Source: Mustelus asterias (taxonomy: Eukaryota). From it: a DNA stretch of 64,000 bases. The position numbers and the translations under genes are program-made. The notes below the pieces were generated by a model. That model made no database searches. It was not told where the DNA came from and was given only the letters and a program-made list of their open reading frames with translations. Positions 1-12,155 of this stretch are shown piece after piece. The stretch's first letter is position 1; each line of letters begins with the position of its first letter. The stretch lies in NCBI RefSeq assembly GCF_964213995.1, contig NC_135813.1:94612001-94676000 (forward strand), given 5' to 3'.

Positions 1-1414
1 CTAAGGGCTACACCACGCCTTTGCTACCGACTTCCTTACACTCCTGCCCCCTCCAATTCCCATCCTGTGAACCACCCCCTTACCATACTTGCCTATGGCT
101 TGGGTCGCTTCACAATTCTGGACTGTTTTTCCTGCAGCAGCCAACACCTGGCCTGTGGCACTGCTGAGCACAAGAGGTGCGAGCCTCTGATTGATGAGTC
201 TTACAGGTTCCAGGGGGAGGCTTGTCGCTAGCCTCATCGCTACCCGACTGTCTTGTGGTTCAGCAGCCATCCCGAAAAGAGGCAACTTTTGCAGCTCTCC
301 AGGTCAAGGCCATTTCAACAATGTTTCAACAAGATTCCACCCTCCGCCTGCACTCTCGGACATGAAAGATCTCAGGGCACTTTTACAAAGAAGGGCAAGC
401 TCTCTCCGGTGTCCTGGCCAATTCAAATCCCTCAACCAGCTACAATAAAAAAGGTTACCTGGCCATTACCACACTACTATTTCTGGGACATTGTGTTGTA
501 CAAATTGGCACTGTGTTTTCTGTATTACAACAGTTACTAAACTTAAAAAAAAGATGTGCTTCATTGCTGTAAAGGGCTTTTGGATCTCCTGAGGTTGTAA
601 TAGGTGCTAAAAAATGCACAACTTTCTATCTATCCTAATTTTTTCAGATTTAGTGCTGAATTGCACTATTAGTCTTGGAGTTTTATCCAGGATTTTCCAA
701 TTAAACAGGTAACGGACAATAAGTCAACTTGAATTGATTTGTGAGGGACACATGATTCTTTCAGAAAATATATATGATGCTCAGAGAGAGTATACGGCAT
801 TGCCATGTCAAATATACAGCATAATGCTAGATAAAACAAAGTACAGCATGGTATGGGAATAATTCAAACAGCAAACTGTTGAATAAAGTATAAGAAGCGG
901 CTTAAAAAAAGGTTCAAAATGTCTCATCTGATTTTGTGATAACTATGAAAATGAAATAGGTTAAACTCTAAACAAATAATAGATAAAATAGATAATTGAA
1001 GGTGATCACAAAACAAATCTCACTGATACACGTGTTTCAACAGTCTTAAATTGAATAAATTACACCTTCTAAAACTCTTGCTTGTTCTTTTGACAGCACA
1101 CATTTCACAACTTTTGGGGCATTCTATTCACTTATTTTGTTGTGATGGTTATTACAGAATGGTCAGCCAATACACAGACTGTCATTTGCAATGACCCACA
1201 ATAGATGAAAGATGAATAATCCAAAAAAAAAAGCTCTGCTAATTTTTCTAACTGTTAAGCAACTGATCTTTAGAAAATGGTATTGCTGGTACAGATTCAT
1301 AATACATGCATAATGAATGGAAATAGTTGATTACAATTTTGCATTTTAATGCAGACTCCAGTGCAATGCTTTTTAAAAAGTGGATATATCTTAAATTAGT
1401 GAAAGCACACATAC

Positions 1415-1526
1415 CTTTGGGGCTAGTGATTGGATTCCCTAGTTGTCTCCGTTTGGCATCACTTAAAATATCAATGACTAGAGTGGCAAACTCATGAGCG
1501 TTAAACCGCGCCAGCTTCTGTCTTCC
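1415..1526 (-). CDS. GIT2: GIT2 exon 12 (GRQKLARFNAHEFATLVIDILSDAKRRQLGNPITSPK); gene continues beyond window start
   Basis: AG/GT boundaries, 112 nt; NAHEFATLVIDILSDAKRRQ matches GIT2 better than GIT1 as recalled. Confidence 0.95.
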
Positions 1527-2074
1527 CTGCAATTTAAAAGTACAGGCATGAGTCTGAATGTGTACATCATCTTAGCAGCAATGTTGTAAATGGAGACAGT
1601 AATTCTCTGACAATCAAATCTCCAGAAGCGGATTTCCTGAATTTACATCATGAAAAAGTAAATGCTAGCTTCCTCTCGGCAACAAATTAAAAAGCTAGGG
1701 CTGAATTTTACCTCCGTAAAACAGGTGAGCTGCTCCCCTGCATAAACAAAACACAGACCATAATGACTCATGTCAGCAATACCACTTCGTCACTGAAAAT
1801 TTTGAATGGAAAATGTTGGCAATGTACCACAGATCTAGTAATAAATATCTGGAAGTTTATAGTGTGTAGAAATTTGGTAGAACTGACAGAGTTGCTAAAT
1901 GCTAATCTGTTCCTTCTCTTCCACAAGCTGATTTACTTGCACAGCATTAACACACTTGTAATACTAGTAAGCATACAGATATCAACTGGATTACATGACA
2001 ATTCATTCGACTAGCTCCTCAATTTTATCAAGTTGACAGTGCTTGCAGCAACAAAGCATTTACTGAAAACTTGC

Positions 2075-2172
2075 CTGATTCCTAGTTGATGAATACTCTG
2101 GGTTCACAGGAAGAAAGGGAATGACTGTTGCCTCAGTTACCAGGGTGCTGTGGTTCTGAGTTGTCAGCCAAA
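2075..2172 (-). CDS. GIT2: GIT2 exon 11 (VWLTTQNHSTLVTEATVIPFLPVNPEYSSTRNQ), GC donor
   Basis: 98 nt; AG acceptor; donor reads CAG|GCAAGT. Confidence 0.93.
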
Positions 2173-2774
2173 CTGTGCATAGAAAAATATATTAACTCAA
2201 ACATTTTTAATCCAGTACTCTACACAAGCCAAACAGAAACTCAAGGCAACCATTCAAGTCATGATTTGTCATTGTGTCTTGGTGTTTCGAAACCAAATTC
2301 AGAAGCTGATCCAAATAGATTCTGTAATTGTAAAGAAGCTGATCTATAAACCCAGGTTTTCCTTTCTCACGCTCCATCACCAATGTAAAAAGACACAAAC
2401 TGTGTTGGAAATTATTAATTTTCAATCCATCTCTTGTAAGATTTAATATGATCAAGCTCTGATCATGTTACAGAAATTAAAATGACTAATAAAACAGCTT
2501 ACTTGTGACTTTACATGCTAATGTTGTGTCCATTATACCCAAATGAAGCAGCATGATGGTAATCTAGAACCTTACTTAAATAATATAAATAAAACACAAA
2601 TTCCCAAATTTGCTTGTAACATCCAAGTCCTGTTGTCACAACTAGTAATGTTTTTGTAAGATTCATAAATAACTGTAACAAGATAAGTATTTAATCCTTT
2701 TTCCATCTAACCATCTGTGCCATCTGTCCTTTTTCCATCTAACCATCTGTGCTTAGATGGTTAGATGGAAAAAA

Positions 2775-3060
2775 ACCAGAGGGCGTGGGTTAAGGGTGAA
2801 AGGAGAAAAGTATAAAGGGAATATTAGGGGGGGGCTTCTTCACGCAGAGAGTGGTGGGAGTGTGGAATGAGCTGCCGGATAAAGTGGTAAATGCGGGGTC
2901 ACTTTTAACATTTAAGAAAAACTTGGACGGGTTCATGGATGAGAGGGGTGTGGAGGGATATGGTCCAAGTGCAGGTCAGTGGGACTAGGCATAAAATGGT
3001 TCGGCACAGACAAGAAGGGCCAAAAGGCCTGTTTCTGAGCTGTAATTTTCTATGGTTCTT
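2775..3060 (+). mobile_element. CR1/HER1 3' end with a complex 5' junction
   Basis: ttcttcacgcagagagtggtg..gtggaatgagctgcc; ttctatggttct tail. Confidence 0.8.
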
Positions 3061-3264
3061 TCAAAATGTTCTATCTATATCTCTTTCCCCCACACTCTCC
3101 CAGTCCCCCCAGCTTATGTTGAAAGTGACATTTTCAAGTATATGCAGTGACATTGGCCTGAAGCAGCCTGCAAATTTCAACGTTGCTTTGCTGTTGACCC
3201 CCAGCCCTTATCAAGCACCAAGCATCCCATTTTACTGTTTCTAGCTTCTTGCTGGAGAAAAATA

Positions 3265-3600
3265 TGGTGGCACAGCGGTTAGCACTGCAATCTCACAGCT
3301 CCAGAGACCCAGGTTCAATTCCGGCCTTGGGTTACCGTGTAGAGTTTGCACATTCTCCGCATGTCTGCGTGGGTTTCCTCCAGGTGCCCCCACAGTCCAA
3401 AGATGTGCAGATTTGGTGGACTGGCTATGATAAATTGCTCCCTGGAGTCCCAAGATGTGTAGGTTAGATGGATTAGCCATGGTAAATGTGTGGGGTTACA
3501 GGGATAGGACAGGGGGCTTGAGTAAGATACTTTGTCAGAGAGTTGGTGCAAACTTGATGGGCCTAATGGCCTCTTCTGCAATGCTGGGATTTTATCATTC
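3265..3600 (+). mobile_element. HE1-type tRNA-derived SINE
   Basis: A/B boxes, V-SINE core (gtttgcacattctcc..gtctgcgtgggtttcctcc), HER1-like tail. Confidence 0.85.
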
Positions 3601-5128
3601 TTTGTAACTACTGTTGCTGACACCAACCTCCAATGATTCTACTACCTTCTTTCTTCATGACCTTACTTCTGGTTCACCATCTCACCTCCTTACTAAATTT
3701 GAAACAATGATTTGCTTTTGGCATTATAAACACTTTAAAAATAAATCACTGGTTACCAGCTTAAGTGAACGAGCATGCATACTTTCTATACTACAGTAAA
3801 GAATGTGGTAAGGGTGTGGGGGAAAACACAAAATCTTGGCAATAGTTAGAAGGTTGGGGTAAGATGATTAAGCACAAATGGGCAACAGAGCACAAGGATT
3901 ATGCACAGTATGAATAGACTCCGGATCAGTGCACCTCAGAGCCTCGATCATCTTATAAATTTTAATTTCCCTACTTCAAAATGTAGGGATGAGTGGGATA
4001 GGGAGCTGGCCACTGGCGAAACAGGAAGGCCAGAAAGAGAGAAGTGAGTCTGTTTACACTAATTTGTGAGTAATCGAAGCAAAGATATTGGCTGGGATTC
4101 TCCCAAAACAAAACGAAGTGTCCAATGGGCAAGAAAATGGGAGAATCTCCTGCCCATTCTTTGGGCGTACTTACCAGCACAAATCTCCAATTCTGTGCAA
4201 TGCAGAGTGCCTTAGAGTGATTCATGCTGGAAAGTGGGGGGCTCGGCCTCATCCAGCCCAAGAGGCTGGCAGCATAGTGCTAAGCGGGCCATTGCGCATG
4301 TGCTGATCTGTCAGTAGGGAGCCCCCCCACTCCTTCTCCCCCTTACCAGCCTCCCGATCGCAGACCTCTTGTTTATTCCTGAACCCCCACCCTGATTGCT
4401 GGCCTACCGGCATCTCCCAAATTGTCGGTCTTCTCGACCTCCCAGCCCTGATCTACCCCCTCAGTGGCCAGCCCCTCCCCCCCCGCCCCCCCTCCGTTCT
4501 TGCTAGCAGCAGCAGCAGGGCATGAAAGACCAGAGAATTATCTGCAAAATAGCTTAAATCATTCACCTTATTGTGGCTTATTACATAAATTGGTTGTTGC
4601 ATTTGCTTAGATGGCCAAAAACGCCTCATCTCAAACTAATTCATATCATACAAAGTACTTCAGAAATTTCAAAGAGAAGTGATGTATACCATAAATAAGG
4701 CAAATAAAAATGATATTTTAGTTATTCTGAGTTTGAAATCATTAGTTAATAAATGATTAATTTAAAGGGACAAGATCGATCAGTACCCCTTAATCAAACC
4801 TAACTTCCTAACCCATCAAGCTCATTTAAAACTGGCAAACCCACCTGCTAGGAACAAAATCTCTGTTTGGAGTAAAGATTAATTAAACACTGAAGGCTCT
4901 AATTTGAGAGGCCTATGTTCTAGTACAATTGCTACTGGGCTATTTTCTTCACAACATTGATGTGCTATGAGAAAACAAGCAGGCCTTGTGAGGAAAACCT
5001 GCAAATGTTAAAAATGAATGAAGGGCAATTCCAAATAATTATTTTAAGCAGAATTCTCTTTTTGGAACAGGAAGCAAGATTGTTAGAATATCGCGATATT
5101 GACTTCCGCTTCACAGCTGAATCCTCAC

Positions 5129-5201
5129 CTGCATCAGTCTCCCTTCGATCTACTTCATCATATACATCCATAGCTAGCTCCTCAAATAAGTGATTACTTA
5201 G
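5129..5201 (-). CDS. GIT2: GIT2 exon 10, Spa2-homology domain (LSNHLFEELAMDVYDEVDRRETDA)
   Basis: AG/GT boundaries, 73 nt. Confidence 0.96.
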
Positions 5202-5542
5202 CTAGAAATAGAAGCAGAAAGAGAATTTTAACCTACTTCAGGACTGAGGTGCAACTACTTAAACCATTCACTGTGCTTTGAGAATGCTTACAATGCTATT
5301 TACATGCATTCAACATTAAACTAGAGAGGCTATTTGAAAAAACATGTAAAAGAATTATGAACCAAATGAAATTTAACGCATGTCTTGCACTAAAAGGTCA
5401 CTCGGGCTTTAACTCCCAAGTCCATTTTTCTCCTTAAGAAATAACAAAAAAGAAATCTATAAGATTAAGATCCTCCTGTTAGGTTCCCAAAAATATCTCC
5501 ACATCTTTCTCTCCCTTTTGCTTGTTTCTTGAGTACAAAGTA

Positions 5543-5908
5543 AATGAAGCAAGGTGTGTTTGGGGGCGGCACGGTAGCACAGTGGTTAGCACTGCTGCTT
5601 CACAGCTCCAGGGACCTGGGTTCGATTCCCGGCTTGGGTCGCTGTCTGTGTGGAGTTTGCACATTCTCCTAGTGTCTGCGTGGGTTTTCTCCGGGTGCTC
5701 CGGTTTCCTCCCACAGTCCAAAGATGTGCGGGTCAGGTTGATTGGCCATGCTAAAATTGCCCTTAGTGTCCTGAGATGTGTAGGTTAGAGGGATTAGTGG
5801 GTAAATATGTAGGGATAGGGGGGTGGGGCTTGGGTGGGATTGTGGTCGGTGCAGACTCGATGGGCCGAAGGGCCTCTTTCTGTACTGTAGGGTTTCTATG
5901 ATTTCTAT
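5543..5908 (+). mobile_element. HE1-type SINE, full length
   Basis: ggcggcacggtagcacagtggttagcactgctgc..ggttcgattccc; tail gggccgaagggcct..ctgtactgtagg..ttctatg. Confidence 0.9.
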
Positions 5909-7457
5909 AACTTCTAGCCTGAAGAGCAATACCAATGGTAGCCTTGCTGCCCTTGTTGCCAGATGTACTAGATGGTCAAATAGCAAAAATGGTTAAGGGC
6001 GACTGTGCTTAGATGGTTATGAATTGGATCATCCTTGATCAGGGCTCAAATTTAGTGCTGTGGAGATAGAGAGTCCTCAGACTCCAGCCACAACAGTGTA
6101 TATTGCTACATCACAAGGTGAAGAAGGCTCAAGGATTTTGTTTTAAATCACAAACCTTGCATTTTAAGTTAGTTAACCTCTTTGTCTTGGCCATGCATAT
6201 TGAGGGATGATGTGTAATAATGGCTAATTAATAGAAAATTAATTTCACTTATACCGTTTTTTTTGGAAGAGGAGGCAGAGCCCCTCCCAACTGTTGAAAT
6301 GGTAAACTAACAGATGTGATAATCGTGAAACTATCCCTGCAGTCTTGAATACAATTGGCTGGTTGCCTGGGGAACATTCCAAATTACTCTTTGAGATTGC
6401 ACTCATCACCCTACATTGGGAAGGTGCTAAAAGGCGAATTGAACAATTCCTACCTACAGTAAAGCCAAACACTTGAACCATAAATATAAGCCAGTTTTTA
6501 CACTTTAGCAAGAGCTAGATAGTTTTGCGAAAAAACGAGGGAGAGTTGAATGGTGAAGTTATTCTTAAATACACTATTATACATTCCTAACTTGTTTGAA
6601 ATTGGTCTGGAAGTTGAAATCCCTGCTTTTCATGTATTCACGTTATAGACAAGGTGAAAGAACAATTATACAATGTTCTAATTATAATAATAATTATATT
6701 AGGATAATAATAATTATGATCATTGTGGCATCAGCAGCAGGCAAACTAATCAGGCTGGATGGGAAATTAAGCAATAAAATTGCATGTATTACTAAGTTTG
6801 CAGTTAGAAGATATTTATATAATTCTTACTGTGCAATGTGTAAAGTGTCACAGACTTCGACTCTGGACTCACATGAAACAATAATTCTTTATTTTGTGGT
6901 CTTTGCCCTGTTAAATTTTCCTTTCTCTATCTCCCCCCATACTTTATTATATGAGTTGCTTCCCTCCTCCCATGCTTGAGTAGGTGCAAATAAACTAGCC
7001 CTCTGAGTTTACCTCATCTCGAGTTGCTGTCGGGTCATTAATAGAAATTAGATCACACCCAAACTGAGGCGTTGAGAAATACATCACTGTTTATAAAGGG
7101 GGAAATCAAAATTTCTTTCATTTTATGGACAGGTAGTGAGAGGAGAAATCAGGGCTGGTTAAATTAAACCCCATCCTGTTTGTACCAAAAGTAATGAAAC
7201 AGTATACAAAGCTTCTCTAGGATCTATTTGTGCTTTCTGGGAACTTGATCTGCAGAATATTGAGTGCAATATGAGCGGGGATGCCTAATTCTGGATGAAT
7301 AATGAGCAGAGGAAACCAGGATAATCAAAGCATGCATGTAATAGACATTTTACTATAACCTTTTTAAGTTTAGAATTCAAATTTAGGATCTTTGAATGAC
7401 AGAATTATATTCTGTCACAGGACAATTAGGCTGCAAGCATCCAAGAAGAAAACTTAC

Positions 7458-7509
7458 CGACTGCAATTTTTTCTTTGCTGCTTTTGCTAGTTCTGACAAA
7501 TCTAAACTG
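7458..7509 (-). CDS. GIT2: GIT2 exon 9 (SLDLSELAKAAKKKLQS)
   Basis: 52 nt; NAGNAG acceptor (TAGCAG); GTAAG donor. Confidence 0.95.
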
Positions 7510-8206
7510 CTAAAGAGAGAAGAGCACAATAATTAATGAAGTAACACAAACACTAAGAATATTTTATTTTCAACAGCTTTCTGTGATATTGATTTCAAAA
7601 CTAGTATAGCCAGCAAGTTTCGGCAAATTTTTGGCTAAGTCAGGAAGCCATTTAAATGAACTGGGTATTGCACAAGACAAATCAGGTAGTACCAGATGTT
7701 TCTGTATACAAGTTCACAACATGGTCTTGTACTGAGTCACAAAGGCTTGAAACATCCCAGGTTAGATTAATCCTCTAATTAGCTCAATTCAGCTGGAGCA
7801 GCTGTTCAGTGCTTCCATTCTTTGAATTATACCCCTGTATGTTTCTGGTATATTTTTGAAAGGTTAGAAAGGTAGTCCTGTGGCATAGGTCCAATCAAAT
7901 TCAACAATATCACAAAGATGCAATGTGTTCCTTTATTGCTCAGTTAGGGAACCCAACATTGACACAATAATTAATGGTTTTCAATGCTGAGATTCGCTGC
8001 CTTGATGGATATGAAGACCCACGATCCCATGAAGTCACACAAGGCAACGTCAGACAGGATTATACATGACACAGGCTGCTGGAAGGAGTACTTGTAACTT
8101 TACAACATTCCAATTTAAAGGAAAAAGGAACAAGCATCCAAACATGCATGACAGTAATTTTCAACTATCAGACCTAAAAGTAGCTATTTTGTTATGCATT
8201 ACTTAC

Positions 8207-8212
8207 AGGTGC
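8207..8212 (-). CDS. GIT2: Putative 6-nt alternative microexon of GIT2 (GCACCT; changes S to RHL)
   Basis: Minus strand reads AG|GCACCT|GTAAGT; frame-preserving; upstream CTAAT branch point, AG-free zone and UGC; downstream TGCATG. Confidence 0.7.
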
Positions 8213-8673
8213 CTTTTATCCCAAGAGATGCATTCAAGAAAGAAGTGTATAGATATTTATTGATTAGGCTGAGATTACAAACACTTAAGATGGCTGAAGC
8301 ATCAACAGCGCGAAATCAAATTTACACATTGATCATCAATTAATTCTGAATAACTCCTCCAGATTTTATACATCCTTTTCAACAAACAAAATGTAATTTG
8401 GGCTCACTCAGCTGGTAATTACAACATGTAGCAGGAATTGAGTAATAGCAACTAAGGAATAATGATGAATAATGACTAATCTTTGATCATAATCTTGTGT
8501 AAAAACACTGGATCTCAACGAGGGTTGTATGTTGCAATTAGCATCAAAGCCTGATAAGCAAGAGTAGGCCAAAAACAGCGAGGACCCCACTCTCAGCTGT
8601 TATCAAAGATAGCTACTGGACAGTGAGCGAAGACAAGCTCAGGATTGTCTGTGGTGCTTTCAGCAGCCAAATT

Positions 8674-8798
8674 TGTAGAGATGCCGGCATTGGACTGGGG
8701 TGGGTACAGTAATAAGTATCACAACACCAGGTTAAAGTCCAACAGGTTTATTTGGAATAACGAGCTTCCGGAACGCTGCTCCTTCATCAGGTGACTCA
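8674..8798 (-). mobile_element. Penelope-like terminal fragment with a mutated hammerhead motif
   Basis: Homologous to 16825-16960; minus strand CTGATGA-A-GGAGC agc GTTCC-GGAA-GCTC (GAAA box changed to GGAA). Confidence 0.75.
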
Positions 8799-9871
8799 CT
8801 TCCTGTCAGCTTGTGGTGGGATGATTTCACAAATTGTCACAAGTGGTGCCATTTAAATGGGAGAGTTTATCCTCCCAAAACAGGAACATGACTGTTTCAT
8901 CCAGAGGGTGAACAGTACAGCACAGGAAACAGGCCCTTCGGCCCTCCGGTGGTGGGAATCTGGAACTCTGCTGAAAAGGTGATGGAGGCAGGAACCCTCG
9001 CAATATTCAAGAAACATTTAGATGAGCACTTGAAACGCCATAGCATACAAGGCTACGGACCAGTGTCGGAAAATGAGATTAGAATAGATAGGTGTTTGAT
9101 GTCCAAAACAAACACGACAGGCTGAAGAGCCTCTTTCTGGCTGTAAAACTAACTCTAAAACTTCAGAATGTGTCCAAAAAAAAAGGGATAGGTGTCCACA
9201 ATTATAGATACTTCGTTGAGCCAACTTCTTTTGGTGTCTTTTCTGTAAAATTTCAATGTACATAAACCCCAAAACTCATACAACAGGCACCCTGGAGTAT
9301 CTCAGCTGGCCTTTACTCAATATAGTATGGATTTTCCTTTTAATTAACCCAAAATAAATCTTTTAGCAAAGGCTCTGAAAATGGAAGTATAGTATTAACC
9401 CAGACAATCCAGGATGTCTCAATTTGCATACCTGGGCTGGGCTCGAGTTAGCTAATCTCAGTGAGGACAGCAATTAGCCGTAGCATCTCAAAGCTGAGGA
9501 GCAATGGAGCAATCCATAGGTTTATTATTTCTTGATTACTATCTTGTAATTTCTCCATTGGAAAATGCATCTGCATAGGTGTTGGGAGAGAGGTTTTGCT
9601 CTGGCATACCCGAAATCAAAGCTCACATATAAAGAATAACTACATTGAGTAGGTGGTGGACAGCTGCCGATGAACATTAATAATTTGAGGATTAAGTAGC
9701 AAAATATAGGCAAATGTCATGCTTCATATAGTCAGTTAGTGAAGGAAGAAACTAAGGCCAGCCTTTAGTAGGGATTTTTTATAGAGTGAAACATTACAGA
9801 TATATAGCTCCAACTCCACTCAGCTATTGTGTCACTAAGTGTCCCTTTACGATTTCTTTTAACAAAAACTT

Positions 9872-9945
9872 TGGCCACTACAGAGATTGAACCTGTGACC
9901 TTGGCGTCATTAGCACCACATGCTACCTATCGGAGGTAACCAGCT
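9872..9945 (-). pseudogene. Degenerate tRNA-Ile(AAT)-like sequence (pseudogene or SINE head)
   Basis: Minus strand AGCTGGTTACCTCCGATAGGTAGCATGTGGTGCTAATGACGCCAAGGTCACAGGTTCAATCTCTGTAGTGGCCA resembles tRNA-Ile; D arm damaged; T5 run follows. Confidence 0.65.
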
Positions 9946-11609
9946 GCGATAAGTATCTCTTAATGCCTTCTGCCCGTAAATACTTAACTTCAATTACTAC
10001 AATTAATTGTAAAGACCTATTGAGAAATATTGTTAGCACAAGGCCGCCTGAGATTTTTGTTCAGGTCGTGATCCTCATACATGCTCAGCTGAGGTCAGCA
10101 AAGATGCAGTCAGTCCACTGATCCCAAAGTGCAAATCACTAACAAGCATAATATCAAGTAATACTAGCATCTGGGCTTTAAGATATAGCTACTGTAGTAA
10201 CAGTGAGTGATTTATTTTATGCTTAAAAGATTATTTTTAACAGCTAATATGTGGTGGGGAAGTATTTCATCATAAATACTACATTCCTCTTTCCAGAAGC
10301 TGTGTCAAAAGCACACAAAATATAAAAGATCACTCATGATCACTATCCAACTACACGGACAGGAAGTGAACATTTGTGGATATAAAGTGGGGACAAAACT
10401 CCTGAACAAGTTCCTACCAATGTTTATATTTGTGCCCGACAAGTGGCAATTTATTCAGATACCAAGATGTGACTGACTTTCAGCATGGAATCATTGCTCT
10501 TGGGAGAGGAAGAAAGAAAATTGGAAGTAAAGAAAATAATGAAACATCTACAACTATTGTATTTGGCTGTTCCTTCCTCAGCTTTGCACTTGAGATGTAT
10601 GAACTCAATAATCCAACAGGTGGCAGCCAGTGGTGAATAATTTAATTCAGAGAGAGAACAGAACTAACACCGCTTACAGGGGCGAGCACATCAAAATAAA
10701 AGCAATACTGTATGTTGGGAAACACCCTGAAGCAAAACTATATTGCATACTTTATGACAATGAAACAAAACCACAAATATTTAAACTCCCACAATATATA
10801 GTGCAAGTGTACTACAACCAGTTTTTAAAAATACAAGCATGTATCCCTTCAAAGCATGATCTTTGTGCAAAATCCAAAGTTTTATGCATATCGAAAATAC
10901 CTTTGCCAGGTATTTACCCAGCAGTAAATTTACACATACTACTTTGTTCTTTTGAAGCATTGAATTCGAGTTCACAGTCCATGAGAGCAATCTTCATTTG
11001 GTTAGATTTACCATGCTTCCCCCTCACCTGCAATTTGTCTGTGGCCATTTAGATCTTCCATGGATCGATTTTAGTTTATATTCTTGGCTCATTATCGCCC
11101 ATTCATTTTTGCCTTGTGTTATTCCCTTGTTGTCATTTAATCATTCCTACCCTCGATCTTATCATAGACCTTTCCTTCTTCACCTGCCTGCACCCCATTC
11201 ATATCTCCCATATCACTGGCTCTGTATTTGCTTAAAAACAGTTAATCTCCAACATGCTCCAGTTTTGATGAAGGATTATCAAAATGAAAGGTGTGTTTCT
11301 CTATCCACAGATGTTATCTGGTCTGCTGCACTTTTTATTTCAAATTTTGAGCATCTGCGGTATTTTGATTCTGAATCAAATCCAAGGATAGTGTTTCAAC
11401 AAGCAATGTGGATGCAAGAGGCCAGGGAATATTTGGATCGTTGTGCACACAATTCAGTCTCCATCTTGAAGGACGGCATTTAGTCTTTAACTTTATATTG
11501 CCATTATAAACTCCAATCACCACATTTATGATGGAAACTGAATTAATTTGTCAAAGAATGCCTTTTGCCAAGAAGTGGTGCTGTGGCACCTCTATTGGGA
11601 AAGGTGGAA

Positions 11610-11800
11610 AAACAAAACCAAAATACTACAGGCACTGGAAATCTCAAACAAAAACAAAGTGTAAAACACTCAGGCCAGGTAGCATCAGCGGAGAGAAAGA
11701 AGAGTCAATGTTTCAGGGTGATAACCTTTCATCAGAAGTTAGGAGAGTAGGAAAATAATTTACAAGTACAAGATAGGAGAAAAGTGGGGAGAGATGAGCA
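11610..11800 (-). mobile_element. Older copy of the second Penelope-like family with a hammerhead motif
   Basis: Minus 11740-11702 reads CTGATGA-AAGGT tatc ACCCT-GAAA-CATTGAC; related copies at ~11200-11370(+) and ~24575-24670. Confidence 0.6.
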
Positions 11801-11844
11801 ATAGCGAAGGGTTATGATTGGGCAAAACTCATTAACAGAAGAGC

Positions 11845-12155
11845 TGCAGCTCCAGGGACCTGGGTTCGATTCCTGGCTTGGGTCATTGTCTGTGTGGAGT
11901 TTGCACATTCTGCTCGTGTCTGCGTGGGTTTCCTCCGGGTGCTCCGGTTTCCTCCCACAGTCCAAAGATGTGCGGGTTAGGTTGATTGGCCATGCTAAAA
12001 TTGCTCCTTAGAGTCCTGAGATGTGTAGGTTAGAGGGGTTAGTGGGTAAAATATGTAGGGATATGGGGATAGGGCCTGGGTGGGATTGTGGTTGGTGCAG
12101 ACTCGATGGGCCGAAGGGCCTCTTTCTGCACTGTAGGGTATCTATCTATCTATCT
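11845..12155 (+). mobile_element. HE1-type SINE, 5' truncated
   Basis: Near-identical to 5543-5908. Confidence 0.88.

Noticed and set aside
1-540. Short ORFs at the window start
   Set aside because: No resemblance to the GIT2 C-terminal region or other recognisable proteins; they overlap repeat-derived sequence.
5479-5986. Recurrent ORFs such as MDCGRKPEHPEETHADT
   Set aside because: Translations of HE1 SINE copies, not genes.
10630-11483. 140-aa and 161-aa plus-strand ORFs
   Set aside because: Non-ATG starts, no recognisable domain, antisense within a GIT2 intron and partly in decayed repeats.
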